IMG/VR virus record: IMGVR_UViG_3300050821_009835
Span: 124,001 to 188,000 of that record
Length of the DNA stretch: 64,000 nt
Direction: 5' to 3' (one strand)
A program made the translations under genes and the position numbers. Shown here piece after piece: positions 1 to 9,398 of the stretch. Position 1 is the first letter of the stretch, and each line of letters starts with the position of its first letter. The notes under the pieces were generated by a model, which made no database searches, was not told where the DNA came from, and was given only the letters and a program-made list of their open reading frames with translations.

Positions 1-76
1 GGCAGTGGGCCGCAGTTGGGCGGTGCTCTGGAAGTAAGTGAGGGATAGGCTAATAACCTATCCCTCAATTTGTTGA

Positions 77-961
77 TTAAATGAGCGATAGAGCCGTTCC
101 GCATTGAGCGCAGAACTTCTTATCGCCCTTAGATTTCTTACCACAGGTTTGACAAGTTGACCTAGTTTTGACAGTGACAGCTTTCGCTACAGGTTCTCCA
201 CCTACCGCACCCCGCAGTTTAATCACGATGACTTCAGTTTGTTCGTGGCATGCGAAATCAGACGCATGGCAGAATTGCTGATTACTTTCGCTTCCCGGCA
301 CCGTAATACCGCTGTCATCAACGTTATCACCCCCAGACTGAGAGGAAGCATCTGCGGAATTGAACGCCATCATGTTGGTATTGCCATTTTGCATGGCACC
401 GATATTTCCAGAAGTCGCTGAGTAAGAAACGTTATCCGAAGATCCTACAAAGCCAGAAGTAGACTGCCCAAAGCCAAAAGACCCGCACCAGATTGGATCC
501 CATGGATAACCCCAAGGACGCGGATAATAAGGCCTGTTCCAAGGCCAATAATAATCATAGTAATCGTGATAGTGAGTCCGTGTAATATGAACATCCTGAG
601 TCGTAGCGACCTTTTCTGTCCTGTATTCAATACGAACCAGCCCATCGTCGGCCTTTAGCCCACGATGCTTTTCGATCTGCTTGGTACGAGGGATGAATTT
701 GAAGCGGTTACCCGATTGCAGATTTCCGTTGCGGATGTAACGTTCCAATTCAAGAGACTGATTCGGTCCGATGATAAGCCAAGTACCTTCGGTAGCATCT
801 TGTCCATCTACGAGAATTTTTACTTGAATGCGTTTAGAGTTGAGGTTCTTGAGTAGAATAGAATATTCTGAACCGAAGGGAATACTAACAGTGTTGTCGG
901 TGTCACGTAAGACTTGACCGCCAACTTTAATGCATGCAACTAACTTCTGAAAATACACCAT
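77..961 (-). CDS. Hypothetical phage protein with C-terminal zinc ribbon
   Basis: 294 aa ORF with AGGAG RBS; C-terminal CQTCG...FCAQCG. Confidence 0.6.
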   Translation of the reverse strand: MVYFQKLVACIKVGGQVLRDTDNTVSIPFGSEYSILLKNLNSKRIQVKILVDGQDATEGTWLIIGPNQSLELERYIRNGNLQSGNRFKFIPRTKQIEKHRGLKADDGLVRIEYRTEKVATTQDVHITRTHYHDYYDYYWPWNRPYYPRPWGYPWDPIWCGSFGFGQSTSGFVGSSDNVSYSATSGNIGAMQNGNTNMMAFNSADASSQSGGDNVDDSGITVPGSESNQQFCHASDFACHEQTEVIVIKLRGAVGGEPVAKAVTVKTRSTCQTCGKKSKGDKKFCAQCGTALSLI

Positions 962-1092
962 GGTGTTCTCCTTGTACAGGACGCACCCACTAGGACGTCC
1001 AGATTGAAAGTGGGTTGGATTTAACAGCTTGGCGGTTTTCTCTCCGCCATTAACTAAATACTAGAAGTTGTAGATTCGGGATAAATTAGCGA

Positions 1093-2730
1093 TCAGATTA
1101 GAAACACTTGAACTTGTAAATTGTTCAAACAAATGGTTACTGCAGCTGCACCTGTATTGATTAACTGGATCGCAAAGCCAAAATTGGAATCATTGATGAA
1201 TGTGCTTGTGACAATCCCACCCCAGTTGTCAGTTGGTCCTCCAATTACTTCTTTAAGAACTTGTGAGGTCCAGGGAGTGTTCAAAACTCTACTGGCATAA
1301 GAACCATAAGGGCCGTATAATTGTACGCTCTGAGTAAAGATTGTTCTGGAATTATCGGGATAACGGCTATAAAATTTCTGAAAAGAAATCTCTATCCCAG
1401 CTACAGTTTTGTTTGTGGGAATTTCAAAGTTAAAACCAGAGACAGGGATCGTTACAGAATCATTACCCGCCAAACCTATAACAACCCAGTTTGAAGAAAC
1501 CTCATCTGTTAGAGAATTTGAGATGTTGTTAAGACCGCGAACACTGGACAATGAGACAGACTGCTTCACTGCTGTGGATTTGTTTCCTGAATTTACCAGC
1601 ACTACAGAAGAGATAACTCCCTTCAAAACAGAAATCCCAGCAACATAAGCAGAAGTTGCCCCGGATTCCGTGGTTCCTGATCCAGAACTAATACCAATTG
1701 AAGCCCCAATCAAGACCCCCTTCGCACCCAGTTTTGCCGTATGGGTAATCCGACCAACAGCACTTCCTATTAGGATTCCTGGAGAATGAAGCAGAGCAGT
1801 TTCAGTAGCAAGCCCGGTAGAATTTCCGAGTAGTGCGCCCTTAGCTTTTAAGTCACTAAGGCAAAAAACAAAGCCTGTAATAGAGCCGCGAAGCCGCCCA
1901 GTATCCTGGGTGACACCAGTTACAGTTGAGGTAGCAATTAGAAAACTCGATAATTTACCGAGTGCCTTTATAAGAGCAGTTTCACTTGCCGCTCCCACTC
2001 CCACGCCCAGGAGCTTACCCGTAGAGCTCAGCAATCCGGTCATAGTAGTATGCCCGGAAGAATTTCCAAGCAAGCCCACCATGGCGACTAAATGACCAGC
2101 TAAAGTTGCGCGTCCAGTTGAACTCCCAATGAGGACTACTGTTCCTTTTAAAACACCAGATTCAGTTGCTCTAGCAGTCGAAGATCCTATCAGTACTCCA
2201 GCCGCCTTTACTGTTGCACTTCCTGAAGCGTGGCACGTCAGAGAAGCAACTAAGGTCGCCTTTCCACTAAGTAAAGCCGTCTGATATGTAGTAGCGGATA
2301 TACTTCCGGCCAAACTCCCCACTGCTTGAAGCAAACTGAATTCGGAAGCAGCTCCAGTTACTAAACCAGCAAGTAGACCTGTTAAAGTGAGTTGAGCCGT
2401 CGACTGGGCACTAGCGACTAAAGCGCCGACAAGTGTACCCGTTGCTAAAAGCACAGCAGATTCAGAAGCTAACCCAGCCGAAACACCAATACTCGAGCTG
2501 TATGCAACGATGTTAAACAACTGAATTGCAGGGAGAGAAATTACTGAGGCAGCCTTTTCTGCATAAATTACGGGTGCAGAAGAGGGAGGCTCAAGGACAA
2601 TAACAGAAGTGGTGTAAGCAGCAGGAACCAAAACTCTTCCAAGAAGAGTCAGAATGGGTGCAGTGGTTTGCCCCGCACTTAACGGGTACAGTATCGGGGT
2701 AGAGGCTGGATTCTCCAATACTATATTCAT
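1093..2730 (-). CDS. Gly/Ser/Ala-rich repeat protein, probable virion/decoration protein
   Basis: 545 aa with ~25-aa degenerate GxLxGxSxGxAT repeats plus a C-terminal beta domain (GFNFEIP...DNWGG...INDSNFGF). Confidence 0.55.
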   Translation of the reverse strand: MNIVLENPASTPILYPLSAGQTTAPILTLLGRVLVPAAYTTSVIVLEPPSSAPVIYAEKAASVISLPAIQLFNIVAYSSSIGVSAGLASESAVLLATGTLVGALVASAQSTAQLTLTGLLAGLVTGAASEFSLLQAVGSLAGSISATTYQTALLSGKATLVASLTCHASGSATVKAAGVLIGSSTARATESGVLKGTVVLIGSSTGRATLAGHLVAMVGLLGNSSGHTTMTGLLSSTGKLLGVGVGAASETALIKALGKLSSFLIATSTVTGVTQDTGRLRGSITGFVFCLSDLKAKGALLGNSTGLATETALLHSPGILIGSAVGRITHTAKLGAKGVLIGASIGISSGSGTTESGATSAYVAGISVLKGVISSVVLVNSGNKSTAVKQSVSLSSVRGLNNISNSLTDEVSSNWVVIGLAGNDSVTIPVSGFNFEIPTNKTVAGIEISFQKFYSRYPDNSRTIFTQSVQLYGPYGSYASRVLNTPWTSQVLKEVIGGPTDNWGGIVTSTFINDSNFGFAIQLINTGAAAVTICLNNLQVQVFLI

Positions 2731-2739
2731 GTATCCCCG

Positions 2740-3264
2740 TTAGAGTGAAGGTTGAAGTGTGTTTATAGTTACTCCAGCCAGATTTCCCGAAACAATTGTA
2801 GAGACCAGATAATGATTTTGACCAGAGTAAAAAGTGGGGCATTGATAGTTTCCGTTGCTATCTGATGTCGTCTGTCCCACCATCAAATCACTGGAAGTTA
2901 AATACGCCTTAATCACTGCTCCTCCAAGCGGATTGGAGTATTGATCAGTGCATGTTCCACGGAAGAAATAGGGGCGAAAGGTTCCGAGAGAATACGCCGG
3001 AGGGACCTCCCATACTCCTGAAAGTCCTGCGTTGTCCTCTCCCATGGTCACGAAGCCCTGGGTCATATCTCCTGCCGCCAAAGAAGAAGCATACCACAAT
3101 TCCAGCCATGGCACATACTGTTTAAACAACGTACCGAGATTACGTTGTTGATAGTTCCAATAGAACTGAGGACTGGCCAAATTGCCTCGTTCTTCGTCCC
3201 AAATAGTCAGTATGGAGTTCCAAGTACCCGCCCCCACTGTAGCAGAATTTAAAAAAGTTGACAT
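2740..3264 (-). CDS. Probable virion accessory protein with C-terminal prealbumin-like (carboxypeptidase-regulatory) domain
   Basis: 174 aa; GTCTDQYSNPLGGAVIKAY...TTSDSNGNY motif. Confidence 0.5.
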   Translation of the reverse strand: MSTFLNSATVGAGTWNSILTIWDEERGNLASPQFYWNYQQRNLGTLFKQYVPWLELWYASSLAAGDMTQGFVTMGEDNAGLSGVWEVPPAYSLGTFRPYFFRGTCTDQYSNPLGGAVIKAYLTSSDLMVGQTTSDSNGNYQCPTFYSGQNHYLVSTIVSGNLAGVTINTLQPSL

Positions 3265-3276
3265 TGATTCCTCAAT

Positions 3277-3492
3277 TTAGGCGGGGACTAGTACATCTTT
3301 GCCAGCTTGCAACTGTTGACGCTGATGATGATTTTCTACACACTCCCGTGCAGAATCGAGCATTGCCAGCGCATACATCTTATCATCAATGTTGCCCGCC
3401 ACACTCATCGAACCATCCCGACGACATCGTATACGTATCTCTGAAACGATGTCATCCTCACGCATTTCTCGAGCTTGTTCAGAAGTTATCAC
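3277..3492 (-). CDS. Hypothetical protein
   Basis: 71 aa ORF tightly packed in the operon. Confidence 0.5.
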   Translation of the reverse strand: MITSEQAREMREDDIVSEIRIRCRRDGSMSVAGNIDDKMYALAMLDSARECVENHHQRQQLQAGKDVLVPA

Positions 3493-3498
3493 TGTCGT

Positions 3499-3927
3499 TT
3501 ATTCATCCACCACGAACCAGAAGTTCATAGAAGCAGAGTTTGTGGCAAGGTTCCAAATCAAAATTCCTGCACTCGGGGCCAAAATAAGACCACGTGGGAA
3601 TGTCCAGATTACACCTGCTCCAGCGGTGGCAGGAAGACCAATCCTGCGGAAGAAGTTGGATGGAACAGTGGGTGCCACTGACCAGGCCACAGCGCACTTA
3701 GAGTTGCCAGCCGGATCGTTTGGATTTTCCTGCTGGACAGTGACAGGGGAAGTTTGCGTTTCCGTATTACCCGAACGACCAAGCCCGTAAGTAGAGGCCG
3801 TAGCAGTGATTAAGTTGATGCCAACTTCCATAATACGTGGAGCGTTGGCCGAAGAAGCCATAATATCGCCTGCAGCTGCTCCGGTTGTAGTTACAGTGGT
3901 GTTGAGAGAAAGAGAATAGATTGCCAT
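3499..3927 (-). CDS. Hypothetical, probable structural protein
   Basis: 142 aa, beta-rich composition, AAGGA RBS. Confidence 0.55.
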   Translation of the reverse strand: MAIYSLSLNTTVTTTGAAAGDIMASSANAPRIMEVGINLITATASTYGLGRSGNTETQTSPVTVQQENPNDPAGNSKCAVAWSVAPTVPSNFFRRIGLPATAGAGVIWTFPRGLILAPSAGILIWNLATNSASMNFWFVVDE

Positions 3928-3936
3928 AGTTGTCCT

Positions 3937-4407
3937 TTATGTTTCCGTAATTGTCAATTCATCAACTGCAAATGATGGGGTTATTCCATTGTTGACAGTT
4001 AACGAGCTTGTCAAAGCCCCAGAATAAAGTAGAGGTGTCGCTCCGCTAGATTCAAGCCCAATGCCAAAGTAAGTTTCTACTTCTGGTCCACTTGACGCTT
4101 GTGGGAAGGTAATTGCTGCTGCATTATTGATCGTTTGACCAGAGAGCGTCCAACCGGATGCTGAGCGAACAACCGCTTGGCGTGCATAACCTGTGTAGGC
4201 CGCCTCGCTAGTGCTTTGAGAATTTCCACCAGAGGCTCCCGGGTCCGCAGTATGCAGGCTAACGTACAAAGAGGTAGCCGGGGTCCCGCCACCATTTTGT
4301 GCTAGTGTAAAACCGGAGGTATTTAAAAGAGAAGAACCTCCGGTTGTTACGGCTTGAAAAATCAGGGCTAACAAGCCTGCTGAGTAATTCGTTGCTTTAC
4401 CTGCCAT
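3937..4407 (-). CDS. Phage tail-fibre-associated/structural protein
   Basis: YVSLHTADP...SEAAYTGYARQAV...ITFP motif typical of this small phage family. Confidence 0.6.
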   Translation of the reverse strand: MAGKATNYSAGLLALIFQAVTTGGSSLLNTSGFTLAQNGGGTPATSLYVSLHTADPGASGGNSQSTSEAAYTGYARQAVVRSASGWTLSGQTINNAAAITFPQASSGPEVETYFGIGLESSGATPLLYSGALTSSLTVNNGITPSFAVDELTITET

Positions 4408-4425
4408 AGGTTCTCCTGAAGTGCC

Positions 4426-5220
4426 CTAGTTAGCCACAAGTGCAAGATCAGCCTCGAGCTGTTTCAATACCAAAGGCCATGCGGTTGTAAAGTGATCTAG
4501 CCAGAAGTTGAAGAGCAAGGCGTGACTCTCGTCGCAATAAGTATTCCAGAACGCCCAAGTCATCTTCTGTAATTGACCCCATGTAATGCAAGTTGGGCCA
4601 ACAGAGTCATAGGCAGCAACGATAACGCTGTGGCCACCCCAGCTTCCTGGCTGGCTGTTAGCATCGGTTTTTGGGTCACCAACAACATCCCACACTCCTC
4701 CAACTTGTGACTGAGCTGAGACCGGCAATTGTAAACCAATGTCCACTATCCCAAAGGTTTGAACAGATTGCATAATGTGAAGTGTACTGTTTGGAGAAGG
4801 ATCAGCATAAGCGAACAGAGGGAACTTCTTCTTGTGTGGGTAGGGCTTTCTCTTATGCCCTAAACCATTCTTTCGAACATAATTAAGGACGTCAATGATA
4901 ACGCCCCCTTGATCGGTCGAAGGATCTCCCGGTACATAACCGCAGGCATGTTCATAAAGATTTAGAATCAAGACATCGGGGGGTGTAATTAAACCCACAG
5001 GCGTGTTCAGGGAAACGACCTGATCTCCATGGCCGATGGCGGCGCAAGTACAATTTCCAAGTGTGTCATTAAGCATCATACCCCAATTAGTGACATCACC
5101 AAACCAGCTCAAGCTGGGAGGGGGAGTAGGCAACCCGGCGAATAGTCTTTCAGCTTTGAGCGTTCTTTCATCCACTAGTGGAGCTTTCTTCCCTAATTTC
5201 AGCGTAGTTACATCGAGCAT
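4426..5220 (-). CDS. Papain-like (C1-type) cysteine peptidase
   Basis: LNDTLGNCTCAA catalytic-Cys motif, SWGGHSV His motif, TWG. Confidence 0.7.
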   Translation of the reverse strand: MLDVTTLKLGKKAPLVDERTLKAERLFAGLPTPPPSLSWFGDVTNWGMMLNDTLGNCTCAAIGHGDQVVSLNTPVGLITPPDVLILNLYEHACGYVPGDPSTDQGGVIIDVLNYVRKNGLGHKRKPYPHKKKFPLFAYADPSPNSTLHIMQSVQTFGIVDIGLQLPVSAQSQVGGVWDVVGDPKTDANSQPGSWGGHSVIVAAYDSVGPTCITWGQLQKMTWAFWNTYCDESHALLFNFWLDHFTTAWPLVLKQLEADLALVAN

Positions 5221-6719
5221 GATAAGACTCCTTTTGAAACCACTTTTGACACGTACTCTAAAGGGTACGGTATTTGGGGAATTGGCTTATCCAAGAAGCC
5301 AGAAAGGGCAGCCCAATGATCATTCCCCTCCATGTTCATGACTAACAAATCTTGTGGACGATCTTTAAAATATTCTAGAACTTCAATGTTATGACGGCGG
5401 TAGATTTCCAACATCACATCAGGATTAAAGTCTTTTTGGCCATATAATGCTGAATGAAGTTGGTTGCTGATAGGATAGATATCCCATAAATAGCGGGTTG
5501 GGTTATACCTTGGATCCCACAATCTCGAAATGCTCTTCAACCACTTCTCCTCATCACGAATTGTCAAAATGAATTTGGAGCCGGGGTAAGCTCGGTCCAA
5601 TTTCTGATAAAGAAGAGGAATCGGTAAATCGCAAAGAGAATACCAGCGTTCGAGTGTTTTTGAGCGATATCGCATGACCGTAAAATTGCCACAGGAACAT
5701 TTGCGAATTGTATCTTCAGTAGCACCATATTGCACTGAAGTTTTGCATTCACTATCTCCATGGTGGCCGTGAAAATGCGCGTTGTAATCATGACCACAAG
5801 TGCACAACGGGGAGGTCATCTCGTGCCAAATTAGCGGGGCTTCCCCATTCCCCCAGTGTAGGCTGTCAAATCCAAGAATCTGAAAAGCTTTGTGCAATGA
5901 ATTGGTGGCAGTTTTATGCATGCCAATGCCAAAAACTCTAGTGGGAACCGCTTTCAATTCGGTGGGATTGGAGCCAAAATTCTTAAACACTGTGCCGAGA
6001 CCAAATTTACCGAAATTAACTACGGTTTCAACGCGATTAGAAAGCACCCTGGCCTCATGCTTATTTTCATATTGGCGTGCGTGCGGATATTCTCTAAAGC
6101 GAACCTCGGAACTATGGGGAATTGTTTCCAAGTAGCGATTATCTATGTGTCGCATTGTGTAACCCATGCGCTCTAGGCGATAAATCAAATCCATGTCCTC
6201 TCCTCGCCAAGTAGAGAAGATTTCATCATAACCTCCAGCTTTAACAAAATCCTGCGCCCTAATAGCTAATCTACCCGCATATCCTCGAGCAGGACGAAGG
6301 GGGCCATGCGGAAGACTGTGAATCAAGGGGAAGTCAGGACAAAGGAAAATTCCAGATTCATTAAATTTTTCATTTATGAAACGAGCAAAGCCGTGGCCAG
6401 TGAAATTATCAGCATCAAGAGTCACTAGAATATCCGCACCTTCTAGGATACCCAGTCTTGCTGCTATGTTCTTTGCGTGAGCTACGTGAAAAGGTACATC
6501 TTCTCTGTAACTATAGACATTTAGATAGCCATTAAGAATTGTAAGTTCGTGAACAGTTTGAAGATATTCTAGAAGCCCGTCTTGACTATTGTAGTCCAGA
6601 AGAACGAATTTACAATTAGGATAATTAGCATTATCTGCTAAATTTCGAGGCAAGGTTTGTTTAATATGCTGAGCGCGACCTTTGCAGGTAATACAGAAAA
6701 CAATGCTTCTATCAATCAT
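5208..6719 (-). CDS. GT2/GT7-type glycosyltransferase fused to a sulfotransferase (Sulfotransfer_4-like)
   Basis: N-terminal CITCKGR, TLDADN, GGYDE..W.GEDMDL; C-terminal VFGIGMHKTATNSL PAPS loop and YPGSKFILTIRD. Confidence 0.8.
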   Translation of the reverse strand: MIDRSIVFCITCKGRAQHIKQTLPRNLADNANYPNCKFVLLDYNSQDGLLEYLQTVHELTILNGYLNVYSYREDVPFHVAHAKNIAARLGILEGADILVTLDADNFTGHGFARFINEKFNESGIFLCPDFPLIHSLPHGPLRPARGYAGRLAIRAQDFVKAGGYDEIFSTWRGEDMDLIYRLERMGYTMRHIDNRYLETIPHSSEVRFREYPHARQYENKHEARVLSNRVETVVNFGKFGLGTVFKNFGSNPTELKAVPTRVFGIGMHKTATNSLHKAFQILGFDSLHWGNGEAPLIWHEMTSPLCTCGHDYNAHFHGHHGDSECKTSVQYGATEDTIRKCSCGNFTVMRYRSKTLERWYSLCDLPIPLLYQKLDRAYPGSKFILTIRDEEKWLKSISRLWDPRYNPTRYLWDIYPISNQLHSALYGQKDFNPDVMLEIYRRHNIEVLEYFKDRPQDLLVMNMEGNDHWAALSGFLDKPIPQIPYPLEYVSKVVSKGVLSCSM

Positions 6720-6773
6720 GGACTATTCCTGTTTGGGTTTAATACTTGCCTAGCGTCGCCGTTAGGAAATAGA

Positions 6774-7457
6774 TCAATGTGATATCAAAAACTGCACATC
6801 TGCTGAATCTGCGTCAATCCAGATTGTTCCGTCAGTTTGTTGAAACAGGGCAGCTGAAGGAATCCAAACCTGAGCAAATTCACCTGAGGCTACCATATAT
6901 TGTCCTTCGCAAGAACTGCCCACCGTAGCTTGACGGCCTTGGGCATCGGGCGAAGAATGGAGAACGAAATAATGCGTGGAAGGAGTGGAAGAAACGCTTC
7001 CCGTACTTGGAGTTGAGGAATACGGTGCAAGATTGACAATGGCAGTAAAACCAGTTGAGGTCACGTTTAAAACCTGAAGGGTCAAACCACTGATAGGAGA
7101 AGATACAGGCGGGGAGGCCAATGTTACAACTGTCCCAAACGTGACGGTTTGACCGGCAACAAAGGGGGGATTTGCCAAAGTGACTGTCAAGACATTGGGA
7201 TTGACGATAATGATACCACCTAATCCAACAACCGAGCCTGAAACTGTGACGATGGCGACGTTAGTTAAAACACCGGATTCAGCTTTTGTATCAGCGTTGT
7301 AAACAAGTAGAAGATCTCGGCCTGTTGCTGTGAAATTGTTGAGGTTAACTGGGTCGGCAGAGACCAATTCACCTGTCCCATAAGCATCCAGTTGACCCTG
7401 GAGTGCGCCCGAACTGAGTAAAGTATTAAGCGAAGCTTGTAAAAGTGTGCGAGGCAT
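6774..7457 (-). CDS. Hypothetical, probable structural protein
   Basis: 227 aa, Thr/Val/Ser-rich, GGAGG RBS. Confidence 0.5.
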   Translation of the reverse strand: MPRTLLQASLNTLLSSGALQGQLDAYGTGELVSADPVNLNNFTATGRDLLLVYNADTKAESGVLTNVAIVTVSGSVVGLGGIIIVNPNVLTVTLANPPFVAGQTVTFGTVVTLASPPVSSPISGLTLQVLNVTSTGFTAIVNLAPYSSTPSTGSVSSTPSTHYFVLHSSPDAQGRQATVGSSCEGQYMVASGEFAQVWIPSAALFQQTDGTIWIDADSADVQFLISH

Positions 7458-7658
7458 GACGAGAATTGCCCTCCTATTCTAAAACAGGAAGGTGATTTTC
7501 GTTGGATTAACGGGGCTATTCTTTTCCTGAGGTTCAATGACTCTCATTCTGCACCTCATGAATCTGATGTATATTGTGAAAATCCTGACTGACACAAAAA
7601 GATAGAACAACCAAACAGATAGCAATGACAATCAAACAAATCGGTTCGACATTTCTAT

Positions 7659-7874
7659 TTATGCCCATTGCAACCACCAGAAAAACCACATCATAGATAT
7701 TCCAATGAAAATAATCCCAAGAGGAAAATTCATTAGCATAAATCCGAATGCTGTGATCGCCCATCCCAGAACAAATCCCCAAGCTCTAACGCTTTGATCT
7801 GGGAGATTTATTGCTGCCCACGCAAGAATGAAACTTGCGATGCTCCAAACCCTTATGCTGGGATCTAGTTTCAT
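7659..7874 (-). CDS. Small membrane protein
   Basis: 71 aa with 2-3 hydrophobic segments; ATGA overlap with the upstream gene. Confidence 0.5.
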   Translation of the reverse strand: MKLDPSIRVWSIASFILAWAAINLPDQSVRAWGFVLGWAITAFGFMLMNFPLGIIFIGISMMWFFWWLQWA

Positions 7875-8365
7875 GGCATCATATCTCTAATGTAGGCATA
7901 CAATGTATTAAACGGGATCCACCCCTTGTCGTGAGTAAGAAATCCCCAAGTGCGTTTCTTTGCCCCCGTGAACACCAAAGACCAGGCAGGGGCTTTTAAT
8001 TTCAAACGATGAAAATCGGTGGCCTTATGATAAATGATCGATCCTGGGCGCTTCCATTTCTCAGTCTGAAGAGAATCAGAATCGTCAGCCTCAGGATACT
8101 CACAAACCTCGGTATACCCTGTCTTTAAAATAATGGAGACGAAACTCCAGGGATGGTCGTGGCATGCACGTTCATAATCACTGCGAACAATATGGTGAAG
8201 GTAGATATGCGGGCGGTATTTTCCGCGATAGATGTAATACCTTCGTAGATAGAGGTCGTTGTAATTCTCTGTCCCATCTAAATTTACTCCCCAAATATCT
8301 TGATATGGGACTCCGAGACAACGTAAAATACGGTCACCTAACGTGTTGATGTCGGAGACTGGCAT
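7871..8365 (-). CDS. Cupin-fold protein
   Basis: HDHPWSFVSIILKTGYTE and FHRL cupin metal motifs. Confidence 0.6.
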   Translation of the reverse strand: MPVSDINTLGDRILRCLGVPYQDIWGVNLDGTENYNDLYLRRYYIYRGKYRPHIYLHHIVRSDYERACHDHPWSFVSIILKTGYTEVCEYPEADDSDSLQTEKWKRPGSIIYHKATDFHRLKLKAPAWSLVFTGAKKRTWGFLTHDKGWIPFNTLYAYIRDMMP

Positions 8366-8441
8366 TATCGTTGTAATACTGGGAATTTAAGAATACAGCA
8401 CAACAAGGTGAGAAAGGAATGCAGTAAGAATTTCTAGAGAT

Positions 8442-8520
8442 TGGTGGGACAGGTAGGATTCGAACCTACAACGCGCGCATCTTCGGTGCGCCGCTCTACC
8501 GAAATTGGAGCTACTGCCCC
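8442..8520 (-). tRNA. tRNA-Phe(GAA), C33 variant
   Basis: Full cloverleaf; anticodon loop CCGAAGA; encoded CCA. Confidence 0.85.
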
Positions 8521-8524
8521 TCAA

Positions 8525-8990
8525 AATACAGAACACATTTAGACGCCGACTGTGATGTCAGCGACGCTAACGAAACGAGTTATCAATTCACTCCGGACCC
8601 GAGTTTACCGGGGGTACCACTAACTTTTGATAGAAGTTAGAAACTAGAGGAGCGACCAACCAGGCTCGCCGCCACCACCACTCACTCTAAATCAACGACC
8701 GGGGAGTGAGACCCTTAAAATTCAGGACTATACTGCGACTGGCTACGCAGGATCGCGGGACATCTACCCGAGGGTACAGCATTATCGAGCGTCCTGAAAA
8801 CTTTAATTGGCAATCGGCCTCGTAATTTGCAATCCGAGGTAAACGCCGAACCTTGGACATATCGCAATCCGTGCAACCAGATTAGCGCGGTAGCGGTCTT
8901 CAGGCGAAGTATTGATCTTCGATCCGGGTGTGCTGCCCGGTTGCCAGCTGCACTGTAAACAAGCTCGACTGTATTAGAGCCGTGCATCGA
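8525..8990 (-). ncRNA. Candidate ~460-nt structured ncRNA, family unassigned
   Basis: No credible ORF; many perfect hairpins and a multibranch closed by TTCAGGAC/GTCCTGAA; flanked by tRNAs. Confidence 0.5.
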
Positions 8991-8996
8991 AGAAAT

Positions 8997-9069
8997 TGGG
9001 TGCGGTCGCCGGATTCGAACCGGAGTACGAGCTTATGAGGCTGCGTGTGGCCCATTCCACTTCCCCGCA
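8997..9069 (-). tRNA. Degenerate tRNA(CAT), probable pseudo-tRNA
   Basis: CTCATAA loop, TTCGAAT, CCA; mismatched acceptor and bulged anticodon stem. Confidence 0.55.
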
Positions 9070-9074
9070 TAAAT

Positions 9075-9290
9075 CTGGGAGACGCTAGGCGACTCCACTT
9101 ACAAGGCGCAAAGCGCCTCGCTAGATCTCTTTGCCGCTAGTCTTACACCAATCGCTTCTGGCCAGAAACGAATCCAGCGGCTCAAAGGAAGTGACTCACA
9201 ACGTTTCATCAGCTACAACTCCCAGCGTCTAGAACGCATTGACTGACGTTGTACCACTCCGTGCGCCGGGACCAACATACCCAGCTTTAC
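9075..9290 (-). ncRNA. Candidate structured ncRNA
   Basis: Non-coding inter-tRNA segment with stems ACAACGT/ACGTTGT, CGTTTCTG/CAGAAGCG, AGGCGC/GCGCCT. Confidence 0.35.
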
Positions 9291-9319
9291 TTTGAAAATC
9301 TTTCGGGTTCCGTTAAACA

Positions 9320-9396
9320 TGGTAGCGGGGGTGGGATTTGAACCCACGACCTGTTGATTATGAGCCAACCGAGCTGCCAGACTGCTCCACCCCGCA
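9320..9396 (-). tRNA. tRNA-Met(CAT), initiator-like body
   Basis: TGCGGGGTGGAGCAGTCTGG.. fMet-like 5' end, U1:U72 mismatch, CCA. Confidence 0.85.
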
Positions 9397-9398
9397 AA

